DNA of 64,000 bases from Balamuthia mandrillaris (lineage: Eukaryota): assembly GCA_031835245.2 (NCBI GenBank), contig JAVKOQ020000032.1, forward strand, positions 124,001 through 188,000, read 5' to 3'. Positions 37,476-50,800 of this stretch are shown here, one piece after another; the first letter of the stretch is position 1, and each line of letters opens with the position of its first letter. The notes under the pieces are model-generated. The model made no database searches, was not told where the DNA came from, and worked only from the letters and a program-made list of their open reading frames with translations. The position numbers were made by a program, and so were the translations under genes.

Positions 37476-39471
37476 TTACTCTCTTTTGAGAAGAGCAAAA
37501 GAGGAGGAGGCAGCGGCTTGTTGTTGTTGAGGCGGAGACCGCGTGGACCTCCGCCTTCGTCGAGCGCTCTGATTGTGGCTTGGAGGGCGGATGTAGGTGT
37601 AGACCGTGGTGAAGAAGTTGCCCAACCCCACACAAGCAAATAGAACTGCTAATGCCGTTACCTATTAACAAAAAAAACAATAAAAATAAAGTTAGATAGC
37701 GTTATGTTACGTGTTTTTTTTGTGGTCTTTTGTGACGTGCCTGCCATTGCTGAATGTTTAAGAAGCTAGGAGAACGAGCCAACGTCCAACCGTTGTACAA
37801 TTGGAATCCCTTTGGTGTAAAAGATGTTGATGTTTAACAAAAATAAGCAAAGATCAGAAAGAAAGTAATAAACTCAAGAAAAAAGAAAGAAAGAAATAAA
37901 CACAAAGAAAGAAACGACAAGAAAGAAAGAAAATATTTAAAATAAATAAAAAGAAACAAACCTGCATAAATAATAGAAAAGGCAAAAGGATGCCTCGTGT
38001 AGGAGCCCAGTCCACCCAACCCTCGCCTCCGGCCACGTCCATCGTCCCAGCCTTGCCCATTGCCACCAATTGATACAGTCTTCCCATTTGATACCAGTTG
38101 AGTAGAACTTGCACTAATGCTGTTGGTCAACAGGTTAGGTTTTGTGGAGAAGAAAAGAGAAGAAAGGACGAACGAAGAAGAAAAGGAGGAGAGCAGAGAA
38201 AAAGAGAGAGAACGATCAAACAAGAATAGAGAAAAGAGAAGATTGAGATTAGAGCAAAGAGAAGAAGGTACTTTGACAAAGACAAAAATAGCGAAACTGC
38301 ATCTGAAACTGATGCCGATCATCTTGTGACCAAGTCATGAGAACGAGGGCGATAGTGATGGAAATGTAATGATGGATGATCCACCAAAGGTTGATGTTGC
38401 TGCCGTTAACCTTCAGGATATTCTCTCGCAGCGCAATGCTCACATAATAGTACACTAAGTACAGCTGAAAGATCATGTCTAACACTTGAGAGGCTGGAAA
38501 GAGCCACAGTTGCACAATCACCAACACTTTGTTTGTTGCGTGTGAGAGAGAAGTAGTGGGAAGCTAAAAACAAAGAAAGATAAGAGTAAACAGACAAAGA
38601 GAAAGTTGTTACTTACAGAACAGAAAAAGGTTGGCCTTTGTTTTGAAACGTTCATAGGTTCTTTTTCTGAGGAAGCGTTCATCTTCTCTGTATAACTTCA
38701 CATTGACTTGGCCCAGGAATAACCGAACGAAGAATCTTTGGAAGTAGGGTGAAGAAGAAACGAGAAGACAAGAAAAGAGCAAGGAGAGAAAAAGAGAGGA
38801 GAGGAGAGGAGAAGACGAGAGAACAGAGTAGAACAGCACATGAGAGAAAGAAAGGTAGATAGAAACGCAACAAGAGAGGAGGAATTCAGGGAACAAAGAA
38901 TAGAGAAGCCAAAGAGGAGAAGAAGAGCAAGAAGAACAAGAAGCAGAGCAATAAGAACAACAAAGAAGCAGGGTTAGAATGGCAACTCAAAGCAGAAACA
39001 AACAAAGACAGAGCAAACAAACCCTCCCGTGCCCGGCGCAAGGTCATCATACATCTCCCTTCGTGAGGCCTCCAACTCTCTGAGCTCTTCCAACAACAGC
39101 TTTTTCTCCTTTTTATCCACTACCAAACGAGTAGCAGCACCGCCAGCAGTGGCAGAGGTTTCATCTGTGTCTTCTACCCTTGCAGAAGAAGAAGGAACAG
39201 AGGAAGAAGCAGAAGAAGAAACAGAGCGCGGACGCTTGAGCCGTCCCAACCTCCGTTTGAGCTCCATCAATTCGCCCTTCTGCGCCTTGAGCTTGCCGAC
39301 GAGGCTGTCCAGCTCCCGAAAGCTGCTCTGCAGGGCCTTTTTGACCTGGAGGGTTTGTTCACGTAGGGCGGCATCCGTTTGCTGGGCCTCCTCCAGGGCC
39401 TTGCGAAGCTCGGCGACCTGATCGAGGGACTCCTTCTCCTTCGCTGCGGTGTTGGTCGTGGTGTCTGCCAT
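37476..39471 (-). CDS. TMEM120: TMEM120 (TMPIT) family membrane protein
   Basis: N-terminal coiled coil, then FLGQVNVKL...KRTYERFK, LRENILKVNGSNINLWWIIHHY and FQLYNG...WQV...LGNFFTT. Confidence 0.92.
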
Positions 39472-39790
39472 GTAGTAGTATACCCTCCCACTTGTTCTTG
39501 TCTTTCTTTTCTTTCTTTAAGTTTGTCCGCATAAAACTGTCGACCATAAGTTTAAGCAATGCAAAGAATGTGACATAACTTTCGGCCTTTGATTTTTGTT
39601 ATTTGAGGAATGTTCGGAATTTGGACGTTAATCCAGATATTTGAGGAATGAAAGGAATTTAGTGGGCGACGTTTAAGTTGGTTATTTGAGGAATGAAAGG
39701 AATTTAGTCGTCATTCCAGTCATTTAAGGAATGCAAGGAATGTAACACGTGCAGAGGAACCTGAACCGATCTCTCTCTCGTGCAGAGGAT

Positions 39791-42700
39791 TCAAGCCTCG
39801 CTGCCTTTCAAACGGGACATGACGCGTTTCTTGTTGCTCGCTCTTCGTCGCTTGTGATGAAGGTAGCCCGTCAAAGCAACCAGGAGGGCCACCACCACAA
39901 CCGCCACCACCACAATGGGAACTGTCACCTTCCACCACAGATCATCTTCGTCCGTGCTGTCCCCTTTCTCTTCCTCTCCGTCTCCGCCAGTGACCAGGAG
40001 AGACATGTCGGGATCGAACAGCAGGAAGTCCTCGAACCAAGGCAGAGTCAACACCACTTTAGCTCCTCCTTCTTCATCTGCTTCCAGAATTTCCGTTGTT
40101 GTCGGGTGTTCCTCGCCATCCGACAATGCAAAACTCACCACTCTCAGGCGAGCTTCCGTGTGATTTGTCCTCAACAGGAACTCTTCTCCCACTTCTTCGT
40201 CCTCTTTTGTGTCCTCCACAACTGAAAGAAAAGGTCCATCTTGGCTTTGCAGATTCCATTCCAATCGCAGCACGTTGGATATGTTCTCCCAGTGCCATCC
40301 TTCGACCCACAAGCTCCATTTCACGCTGTCCTGAGCAAACTGCAACATCCTGTCTTCTCCAACGGCAAGGCTACTCCCTTCTTCTACCATGGTGAAGTTG
40401 AATCCGATGGTTGCGTTGTTGTTGCTGAAAGGAGTGGATGAAGATGTTGGATGATTTTGAGGAACAGAAAGATCAGCCACAAAACTGACTTGAGTGTCTG
40501 AGGAAGCGGATGAGACCCACAACAGCTCCGACAATGTGTAACTCTTAGCCACCACTTTTTCTCCATCCACTTCCTCCAATCGCCCGAATCTAGCATTCAA
40601 AGAGCGCTCTCCACTGGTCATCTTGGATCCCCCGTCAGAAGATGGCGTGACAGGCCAGAGGATGTGATCAGGGGTGTTCAAAGGAAAGGTCACTTGAAGA
40701 TTGTTGTTGGGTGTGGAAAACATCTTGCTTGTGTGAATGATGTTGACTTGGAAGGGCGTAGCCAGAAAATACTCCGTGTCCTCCTCTCCGTTGTTAGATG
40801 GTTTGATGGCAATGTTGATCCTAGCATTGGTGCCAGGCTCTGCTTCTTGTGGGGTGATCGTGAACGCAAACGTGGATGTGGTGGAGCCTGCTTCAAAGAC
40901 TAAAGTTGTGACGTTGCGGTGAACAAGGTTATCAAGTGAAGAATCGGTTTCGATGACCGGCACGACGGTGATTCGGGAAGCAGAAGGAGAGGAGAGAATA
41001 GCATTGATCTCGTGGTAACCAACATCCATGACGAGCCATTCTTTCGAAATGTCCGGTGTTGCAGCATCTCGTTCAAAGACTTTGTTGTAGAGAGAAGGCA
41101 CTTCCCAAGAGATGTAGGGAGAAGTGGGAGAGGCGCAAGAACAAGGACCAGAGGTGCAACGATCGGAAGAGAATAGCGTAGAGTTTTGACAGGCGATGAT
41201 AGAATTGATGTTGTTGTCCTGCAGCACAATGGGGTAGTCCAACTCCAGGGTAGATTCCTGAGTCAGAGTTATCATGTCTGGTTTGGAGAAGATGAAGAAA
41301 AAGAAGCACAACAACAAGAAGAATCATAAGAGGAAATAAGAATAAATGAAAACGGAGAACGGAGAACGGGACAGTATACGCACAAGGGCTGAGGAATGTG
41401 TTTCCAAAGAAAGAAACATAACCACTACTTTTTAGTACAGAGAACTCAAGAGCGACTTGAACATGACCGTGTTAACAAGAAAGAGGGGAAGAGGGAAGAA
41501 TATGGGAAGAAGGGGGGAACAAGAAACAAAAGAAAGAAGCAGAAAAGAAAAATGGGCGGATGTAAACTTACTAAGGGATTGAGTTGTTTCATCTCTTTTG
41601 GAAGTGACCGGCACTTCTCTTTCTCCATTTCTTCGGAATGTAAGTGTTGGCAGAGAACCTCCATTCGTTTGATGGTTTATTGCCGAACGTGTCATGTAAA
41701 GAACTTATTTGTAGCAATACAAAGGTCAGAGAAACGTAAGTAATTACAAACTATAAAGAACCAGAAGTCAAACAAGAGAGCAAGAGAGAGGGGAGAGAGT
41801 ACTGTTTTCATTGTCCTCAAAGATGATGTCTCCGGTACTAATCCAAGTCACGTCATACAGGATAAACACTGTGCATATCGCGAAAACGGATAGCAATGAA
41901 GAGATGTAAGAAATAAGAAGCGACAGAAGAAGAAGAAAAAGAAGAAGAGCAGAAGGAGAAGAAGAAGAAGGAGGAGAAGAAGAAGAAGAACAAGCACAAA
42001 CGCAAGCACAAGCACAAGCGCAAGCACAAGCATACCTCGTCCGTCTCTATTGCCTATAAACTTTGTGGTTCCATCAAAAACTAGCTGACCAGAAAGCATC
42101 ATAAACACTGATAACCATTCGTCAGAAAAAAAAAACAAACATGCGGCTAGTTGATAAAATACCAGCAGATGTTTCGGTGTGAAAAGCTGAAGAGCAGTTC
42201 TGTACAAGAAACGAACTTTCCGCAGTAAAGAAGGGATTATTATCCAGGAACACTGTGGGTATAATTTGGAAGTAAAAAAGAAAGAGACTGAGCTTTAAAC
42301 AACAAGAAATATGAAGAAGAAGAAGAAGAAGAAGAAGAAGAAGAAGAAGAAGAACAAGAACAAGAACAAGAAGAAGAAGAAGAAATGAGAACAGGGAGAA
42401 TAACTTGGACGAGAATGAGAACGAAATATAAACCTGCAGGTAAATCATAAATGTTGCGAATAACAACATCAATGGCGGTGAGGAAGACCCCATTTGGGAA
42501 GAAGAGGGCTTTCAACGCGTTCTCAATAACAACATTGCGCAGGACCAACACAATGCCATAAGTGTAAGTGCTTTGAATGGCCGGTTGGCTGCAGCCTCGC
42601 AAAGTGAGAGCCTCCAGATTGACGTTGACGTACACCTCAGAGGTAATGCACTGAAGGATCGTGTCTGAAGGATCGCCTGACGTTCCGCTATTGTTTGTTA

Positions 42701-43142
42701 TGCACATTAATAGCGTGAAAGGGAGTTGGAAAAGAAAGACAACAAAGGAGAACGAAAAAGGAGGAGAGGAAGAAGAAAGAGAAGAAGAAACAAAAAGAAG
42801 GAGGAGAAAAAAAAAAGAGAACAAGGCAAACCTAATGTTGAGGGAAACGGTCAAGTTGAGGGTATCGGGATAATTTCCGGGAAGCACCCTGATGGTGTCT
42901 CCCTCCGACGCGGCAGCAACGGCCTCCGCCACCGAAGCATAGGGAGAGTTCTCCGCCCCGGAGCAAGGGCAAGAAGCCGCACCATCCACCCATATCACTT
43001 TTCGTTTTGTGTTTTGGGTTGGTTAGCACATTCAAACATTTTTAAAACTTCTTCGCTTCTTCAAGCTACCTTCTCCGGAGGACAACGAGACTGCAAAGAG
43101 AAGAAGAGATACAACGCAACCCCACAAGCGTCGTGTCTGCAT
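39791..43142 (-). CDS. Large single-pass surface protein: signal peptide, beta-helix/pectin-lyase-like N-terminus, membrane-proximal domain like amoebozoan ComC-type proteins, TM helix
   Basis: Signal peptide MQTRRLWGCVVSLLLFAVSLSSG. Then IWVDG...GAENSPYASVAEAV...GDTIRVLPGNY and VKWSLWVEGW.W...LPWFEDFLLFDPDMSLLV. TM VTVPIVVVAVVVVALLVAL is followed by a basic tail. The middle exons are less certain. Confidence 0.72.
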
Positions 43143-43316
43143 TTAACAACAACAATATCTTTTAGTTTCTTGCAACTGTTTGACTCGTAACCTTCCTGGA
43201 TAAACAGGAGCTCCTCTCTTCTCTCCCCTAAATTATTCTATATATTAATTAGATTAGATTATTACAGCAGCGAGAGGAGAGGGCGGATAACCCTTGTTGA
43301 AGCGCTTGAAGATAGT

Positions 43317-45624
43317 TCACAAATAAAAGGCGTATACTATCCACGACACACACACCGCCAACAACGACAACATCCACAGAAGAGCGCTCCTCGAACTCAT
43401 CTTCTCGTTTCCTCGTTGAAACGCAGCAAACGGAGGCGCCACCGCTGCTTGTTTTTGAGGTTTGTTCCATTCGTTCATGATATCTTTGGCCACCCTCTTG
43501 CCGCTGCAAATGGCTCCATCCATGAAACCTAGTCCTTCTTCCGCTGTTTCCGTTCCACCGAAATGAAGCGGGCCTAATGAGCGACGTAAAGCGGGACCCA
43601 CTTGCCATAACGCGCCTGAGGAAAAGTTGCTGATTGGACATCCTCTTGACCATTTATCTTTTTGCCAATCTGCATTTGTTTTTGAAGAATGAAGTGTTAA
43701 AAGAATGAAGAAGAATGCAGAAGCGAAGGAAAGAACGAATTGATATACCTTTCTCTTCGACGTGAAAGGGATCAAGAGCTTTTTGTCCAAACCATCGCGC
43801 CAATTGCTGCAGAATAAGCTGCTGTCTTTCTCGCTTTGGTCTGGTTGCAAAGTCGAACGCCGGTCCGCCATTAACGAAGCAAACAAGAGCAGGAACGAGC
43901 GTTCCGTCACTCAACGTTACTGACTTGTCGTATACATTGTGAATAGGCCCACTTATATTGATTGTTTGAAAGAGAGAGAAGGATTTAGTTTTCATGAAAA
44001 AGAAGAACAAGGAGAAAGGCACAAAGAATAATAACGGATAAGAAGAAAGAAAGAAACGACAAGGAAGAAAGAAATAAACGACAAGAAAGAAAGAAATAAA
44101 CGATTAAAGAAACTTACGTAGCACAATCACACACGACTTCACCAGAGAAACCAGCCTCACGCCAGAAGGGAGTGCGATAGAAGACGATGAATTTGGTGAT
44201 GGCTCCCATGAAAGCTTTCTGTTGCAAACGTGCCCGCAACAAAGGTAATCTTGGTACAAATTCGATGTATTGAGCGACGGCTGGAGAGACGGCTAACACG
44301 ACCTTTTTGGCTTTGATCCGCCGTGGTTTGTTGTTGTCTTTCGGTTGCACGATGATCATTACCTCCTGTTCTTCTTTGTTTCCATTTGTCCAATTGTTAA
44401 CAGAAGAGGATGAAGAGGAAGAGGAAGAAGAAGAGGATGAAAGGAGGTGAATGCTTTGAACAGGGGATTGAAAGAAAAACTCGACGGTAGAGTCTACAGG
44501 CCGCAAATAATTTGAGGGAGAATAAGATGGAGGAGTGTAGAGCTGTTGGAGACATGTAGCGAGTTTCATGGAAAGCTGCTGAGAGCCGCCCACAAAGCCA
44601 AACTCTTGGTTGCCCTTGCGAACGTTAATCAGCTTTTCGATGCCACCAGAGGCTCGGGCGTAGAGCAGCGCCCAGAGCAGGGATACTTCTGCAGGCTCTG
44701 TGCCAAACACCCCTCGAATGGCTGCTTCAAATAACTGTTATCAGAAAGAAACGAGAGTTTAGAAGAAAACGAAAAAGAAAAAAGGAAGAGAAGTATAAGG
44801 CGCCTTTGAAGAAGCAAAAGAACGAAGAACAACAAGAACAAGAAGAAAAGTAGGATAAAACAAACCGTTACAACTTCTTTCGTATAGGCGTTCTGTCTGA
44901 TCCATTCCTCACAACTCATACTATCCAACCAATGATGCAACTTGGCGTCCTCCCTGCTCTGCTTCGTTGGTGTGGTTGCGGTGGACCCCAACAACGCCTC
45001 ATGGCCCGATGAACGGATGCGGCTCTCCAACCTTTGGAACTTCCACAACATGACCTGCAAGTCCAGCAAGCCAAACACTCCAATGTTGGTCGGTATGTCC
45101 GAGGTGTACTTGGTCACTCTGCCCTGCAGGTCCAGGAGCTTCTGGCCAGAGTCCCACTGGGGCTCTTTCTCCACCCCCAGCTCCTTGGCCAGCTCCAGGA
45201 CGTGTTTTTGGTGGGTTCCTATCCAGTGGGCACCCATGTCCACCGTGACTGTGATGAGCTCCTGCCCCTGCTCCTGCTCATTCCAATCGGCAATGGCTTC
45301 GAACGTGGTGGCCAGGTCATCCGAGGTTTCGGCAGCGCCTTTTGTTGTTTGCTCACCCGCTTTGGAGGGGTGGGGCAGTCGAACGGTACGAGTGTAGGTT
45401 CGGCCACCAACTCGGTTGCGGGCCTCGAGGATGGCGACGCGCAGAGGGACACTGCTGCGACGTAGCAGCTCGTTGGCAGCGGTCAGACCCGACAGACCTG
45501 GGTGGAAAGAAAAATCTTCAGGTCACTACTAGTTTTGCCAAAAAAAATAAAAAATAAAGAAGGAAACAGTACCAGCCCCTACGATGACCACATCAAAGGA
45601 AGCCTCTTCCTCCTTCTCTTCCAT
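43317..45624 (-). CDS. Flavin-containing amine oxidase (MAO-like) with C-terminal membrane anchor
   Basis: DVVIVGAGLSGLTAA...LEARNRVGGRT, DMGAHWIG, KFIVFYRTPFWREAGFSG, WSRGCP and HFGGTETA...GFMDGA. Hydrophobic tail LLWMLSLLAVCVSWIVYAFYL. Confidence 0.92.
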
Positions 45625-45871
45625 CTCTTTACACTTGTGTAATGTGTCGGCAACAAATGGCTTCGCGGTCGACAAAAATTCGATTCTTGTTTCGACGACG
45701 GTCAGATGTTGTCCTGTCATTTTCCCCGAAAAAAGGGACAACCCTCGTGAGACAAAAACCTATTCCCTTGAAGCCGTTACCGTTTCAACTCATTGGGGAG
45801 TACCTGGCAAAACAAAGTGGCAAGGCAGAAACGAACAAGACTTGGGAGAGAGCGCAGCAAGCTGGTAACAA

Positions 45872-46853
45872 ATGTCTTTCGAAATAAACTGGCCGGTATG
45901 GGAGGCCGATACCATCGACAAAGTAAAAGAGAGCCTGCACAAAGCCATGAACTCGGGCGGCGGCCTTCCCGACTCCATCTGCGACGCCATCCACGTAGCG
46001 GACCTCCACTTTGGCACCAAAGTAAAAAACAGAGCAGAGCCCCTTTTTCTCATATCTCATCTCATCTCCCCTTTCAGCTCATAGAGTTTTTTTTTTGTTC
46101 AAAAAGCCACCAAGTTTAACGGTATTGGAGATCGCTGAGGTCTCTGAACAGACCTTCAAAGCGGCCTTTCGGCTCTCTTATTCGGGCGAGGCCTCCATCA
46201 CGCTCGTGACCAAGGTTCAGGTCAACCACCTCGCTCCCTCTCCTTCTTCGGCTCTGTCCCAACGAGCGATGAAACGGTTGGGCGTGCTGTCCTCGCACCG
46301 TTCCCTGCCGGTGCCGCTTCGGCTGACCATCAGCCACCTCGACCTCTGCGGCACGGTCGTTGTCAGCGTTCGTCAGGAAGCAAAGACAGAGAGCAACGCG
46401 CAGCAGAACGCACCACCACCACCACCACCGACAGCAACGACGATTCAAACTACCTCCACTTCTCCTGCTTCTTCTTCTTCAACTCCTCTTCAGCGTCGAC
46501 AAAATTTATCCTCACCATCTCCATCTCCTTCTCCTCCACTATCATCTTCTCAACAACTGAACGGAATACGAAAAGAAGAGACAGAAGATAATGAAGGAGA
46601 AGAAGAAGAAGAAGAACAAGAAGAAAGAGTGAAGGAAGAGCTGCGAACAAGAATAGAAGCCAGTTTCTTGGGTGACCCTCTGCGCTCCGTCAGGGTCACC
46701 TCCAGCTTTGACGAGTTCAGCTCCGTGAAGGAATACCTGCAGTCCAAAGTGGAGGGCTTCCTTCGCCAGTTCTTCATGGAGGACTTCCCTGTCCTCATCG
46801 AGAAGCTCAACAGCCGCTTCGATCCTGAGTTGAAAAAGAAGAACGAAAGTTAA
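45872..46853 (+). CDS. MDM34: ERMES subunit Mdm34 (SMP domain), 2 exons
   Basis: MSFEINW...LHKAMN...IHVADLHFGTK-PPSLTVLEI...FKAAFRLSYSGEASITLVTKVQVN...VPLRLTIS...DPLRSVRVTSSFD follows the fungal Mdm34 pattern. Confidence 0.88.
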
Positions 46854-47109
46854 CACAAAACAAAAATAAATATTAATAATCGAACCGTGGAAACGTAACA
46901 AGAGAGCAGCAAGGGATCCCCTCCCCCTGCTTCGTCTGTCTAGGGGGTGCCTCCATGCAGCGCAAAGCTGACAAGAAAGAACACCGGAAACGGCAAAGAG
47001 GACTGAAACGAAAAACGTTTGCATTCCTCCGCTCCAATGGGTATGTTTTTTTTCGGTAGTCTCTTCTGGTGAGCTTCATTCTCTCTCTGTCTCTGTCTCC
47101 GTCTCTTCG

Positions 47110-47145
<36 letters not shown>

Positions 47146-47307
47146 GTCTCTCTCTGTCTCTCTCTGTCTCTCTCTCTCACTCTCTCTCTCTCTCGCTCTC
47201 TCTCGCTCACTCTCTCTCTGTCTCCTTCTAACAGGTACAGAAAGTCACTCCCGTGTTGTGGCCGTAACATCCAAACGACCTTTGGCTGCTGCCACGCTGT
47301 AAGCCCT

Positions 47308-47590
47308 CTTCTTCTTCTTCTTCTTCTTCTTCTTCTTCTTCTTCTTCTTCTTCTTCTTCTTCTTCTTCTTCTTCTTCTTCTTCTTCTTCTTCTTCTTCTT
47401 CTTCTTCTTCTTCTTCTTCTTCTTCTTCTTCTTCTTCTTCTTCTTCTTCTTCTTCTTCTTCTTCTTCTTCTTCTTCTTCTTCTTCTTCTTTTTCGTTCTT
47501 GTTCTTGTTCTTGTTCTTGTTCTTGTTCTTGTTCTTGTTCTTCTTCTTCTTCTTCTTCGTCTTGTTCTTCTTCTCCTCTTCTTCTTCTTC
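47308..47590 (+). repeat. Long (TTC)n microsatellite
   Basis: About 60 perfect TTC units followed by TTCTTG variants. Confidence 0.95.
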
Positions 47591-47868
47591 TCCCTCTTAC
47601 TATTTTTTGCGGGTTGCTTATGTCAGCAGACTCCTATTCGCTTCCTAATACAGCAAAAGGTTAGCGAAACGACGTTTGAATAAGGCGATGGAGCCGCTCC
47701 TCTGCAACCACAACAAACGGTTGGCCTTCCGCCCGCTTGTTTTTTTTTTTTTAAACGTTTTTCCCCTCTGTTCTCTTATTCGCTCAATCTGTATAATACA
47801 AGCACTCAACAGGGAAACACCAAAGCGCTTTGGTGGGGAGACCTAGAGATTTTTATAAGAACAAAACG

Positions 47869-50800
47869 ATGGCCCGCAACCGTTTTTTTTCATCCGCACA
47901 GCTTTTGTTTCTGCTGGGCGTGACACTCTCCTTGGTCCGCTCGAGCCAAGGCTTTGGCTGCGACCACAAAGCATGCCAAACCGTACACTCTGCCGTGCCA
48001 GAGGTGTTCTACTACAACTTTGCCAGCGACTATCTTACTTGGGTCCAAAACACTTTCGGCGGGGCCACCGTCCTTCCGGAATACGTCAACCAGGAGACTA
48101 CCGACCCAAACTTGTATTTTGACGAGGACCCCGACGCCGAGTGTTTTCTCAACATCACTTTTACCTACGAGCTGGCCGGCTATCGTAACCGGATGGGCTA
48201 TTTCGTTTTCAAATCTGAGGACATCCCAGACGAGGTGGAAGAGGAGAATGACATCCCCAGCTCGTTGAAAGATTCGATGAGGGTTGTCTTCAACGACGCC
48301 TCCACCACTCCCAGTTGTCTTAATCAAGGAGCTACCGTTTCCATTGGTTTGTTCTATTTTTTTTGTTTTCATTTCTCTCTCTCTCTCTCTCTCTCTCTTC
48401 TCACTCTCCTCATTTTATTTCTATAACAGGTCCGTTTGCGGGAGATCAAGCGATAGGCTTCTTCCTTTTGCCGAACGACGTCTGCGAAACCAATAACCCT
48501 ACTCGTAGCAGCGGAAAGCCACGGCGACCAGAAAGTGCCTATTGGAGCATCGACATTTTTAACTCACACAAAGTTCAGAGCAACTGGAAGACCTATCCTA
48601 GCACAGGAAGAATGGTTGCTGTTGTGAAGGTTCGTTTTATTTCCTTTCTATAGTACTATTGTCTTCTTTTATCTCTTCTTAATGTCTTTCCTATACCTTC
48701 ATTTGTTCCTTCTGACTTACGTTTATCTAAACATACAACAACAAAGGATCCGGTTCGAAATCGTTTCCACTTGGGCTTTGAAGACTACCCTTCCTACGAT
48801 CAAGACTACAACGACTTGGTCTTCTTCCTCGAGTCCAGCTGCCGCATCGATGAGGAGTTTATCCCCTGTCTCGATCCCAACACACAGGGTCAGATACAAT
48901 GCCCCGCTGGCAAGGTTCTCAACTTTGAGCTTTGTGCCTGCGTTTGTGCCAACCAGGTCGGCTGCCCAGGAGTACTTCAATGGAACGAGGAGGAATGTAG
49001 TTGCTCCTGCCCCAGTGCAGAGGAGAGCCCCTGCGTGAGCACTCGTTGTATCACGTCAGTTTGTCAGGAGGGGACTGGAACGTGCCTGGAAACACCAGTG
49101 GAGTGCGAAGGAGAAGACACTTCTTGCAGCCATTGGGTGTGCGATGAGGAAGAAGGATGCATCCGAGAGGAGCTTCCTTGCTCACAACCCTCCAACAAAT
49201 GCGTACGGAGGGAGTGCAACCACCAAACATGGGAGTGCGAGGAGGAGAACGTGGATCGTCCCGCTTGGGCGGTGGATGATGCTTGTAGCACTTATGCCTG
49301 CAACTCGAACACAGGTCAGTGGGAACTCACCGAGACGTCGTGTCCTACCGATACAGCTTGTACGACGTACTCCTGCGATCCGGAGGAAGGCTGCGTTTCC
49401 ACGCCAGTTCCTTGCGAGGACTGTCCTGAAGGACCCAGTTGTGCCATATGGGAATGTCATGACACACATGGATGGAGAAACCGTGGCGCGCAAGACTGTC
49501 CCACTCCTGAGGATCTCTGTCAAGAGTATCTTTGTGACGAGGACACCACAGCCTGCGTCCTGACGGACAAGACCACTCCGTCTGCCCTGGCCGCCGATCA
49601 ATGCAACACCTACGAGTGCAACTCTGAGACAGGCGAATGGGATGCCACTCCTGTTTCCTGTCCCGTGGATACAGCCTGCGAGACCTACTCTTGTAATTCC
49701 GACGAAGGTTGTATTACTACTCCAGTTCCGTGTGAGGACTGCCCAGAAGGACCCAGTTGTGCAGAATGGGAATGCCATCCACAGAGAGGATGGGAGATCG
49801 TTGACGAGAAAGACTGTCCTACTCCCGAAGACCTTTGCCAAGAGTATCATTGCGATGAGGACACCTCAGCCTGCGTTCTTTTCTACAAAGTCATACCTGC
49901 AGAGTTGGAGGCTGACCAATGCAACGATTACGAATGCAACTCCGAGACAGGAGAATGGGAAGCCACTCCTGTTTCCTGTCCCGCGGACACCGCTTGCGAG
50001 ACCTACTCCTGCGATCCGGTGGAAGGGTGTATTTCTACTCCAGTGCCTTGCGAAGACTGTCCACAAGGACCCAGCTGCGCCCAATGGGAGTGCCATTGGA
50101 AACACGGATGGAGAAATCGTGGCGAGAAGGACTGTCCTACTCCTGAGGATCTTTGTCAAGAGTACCTTTGCGATGAAGAAACAACAGCCTGCATTCTGAC
50201 GGACAAAACTGTTCCCTCCGGTTTCGCCGAGGACCAATGCAACTCGTACGAATGCAACTCCGAGACGGGCGAATGGGATGCCACTCCTGTTTCTTGTCCT
50301 GCAGACACCGCTTGCGAGACATTTACTTGCAACCCCGACGAAGGATGCCTTTCCACTCTTGTTCCTTGTGAGGACTGCCCAGAAGGCCCGAGTTGCGCTA
50401 TTTGGGAATGCCATCCACAGAGAGGATGGGAGATAGTTGAAGAGAAGGATTGTCCCACACCAGAAGACCTTTGCACAGAATTCCTCTGCGATGAAGACAC
50501 GACAGCCTGTATTCTCTCTGACAAGGTCATACCTGCGGAGTTGGAGGCTGATCAATGCAACACCTACGAATGCAACCCTGAGACAGGGGAATGGGAAGCC
50601 ACTCCAGTTTCTTGTCCCGCGGATACAGCCTGCAAGACGTACTCCTGCGATCCGGAGGAAGGCTGCTTCTCCACTCCTATTCCTTGCGAGGAGTGCCCAG
50701 TAGGCCCCAGTTGTGCCATATGGGAGTGCCATTGGAAACATGGATGGAGGACGCAAGGCAAGCAGGACTGTCCCACTCCTGAGGATCTCTGTCAAGAGTA

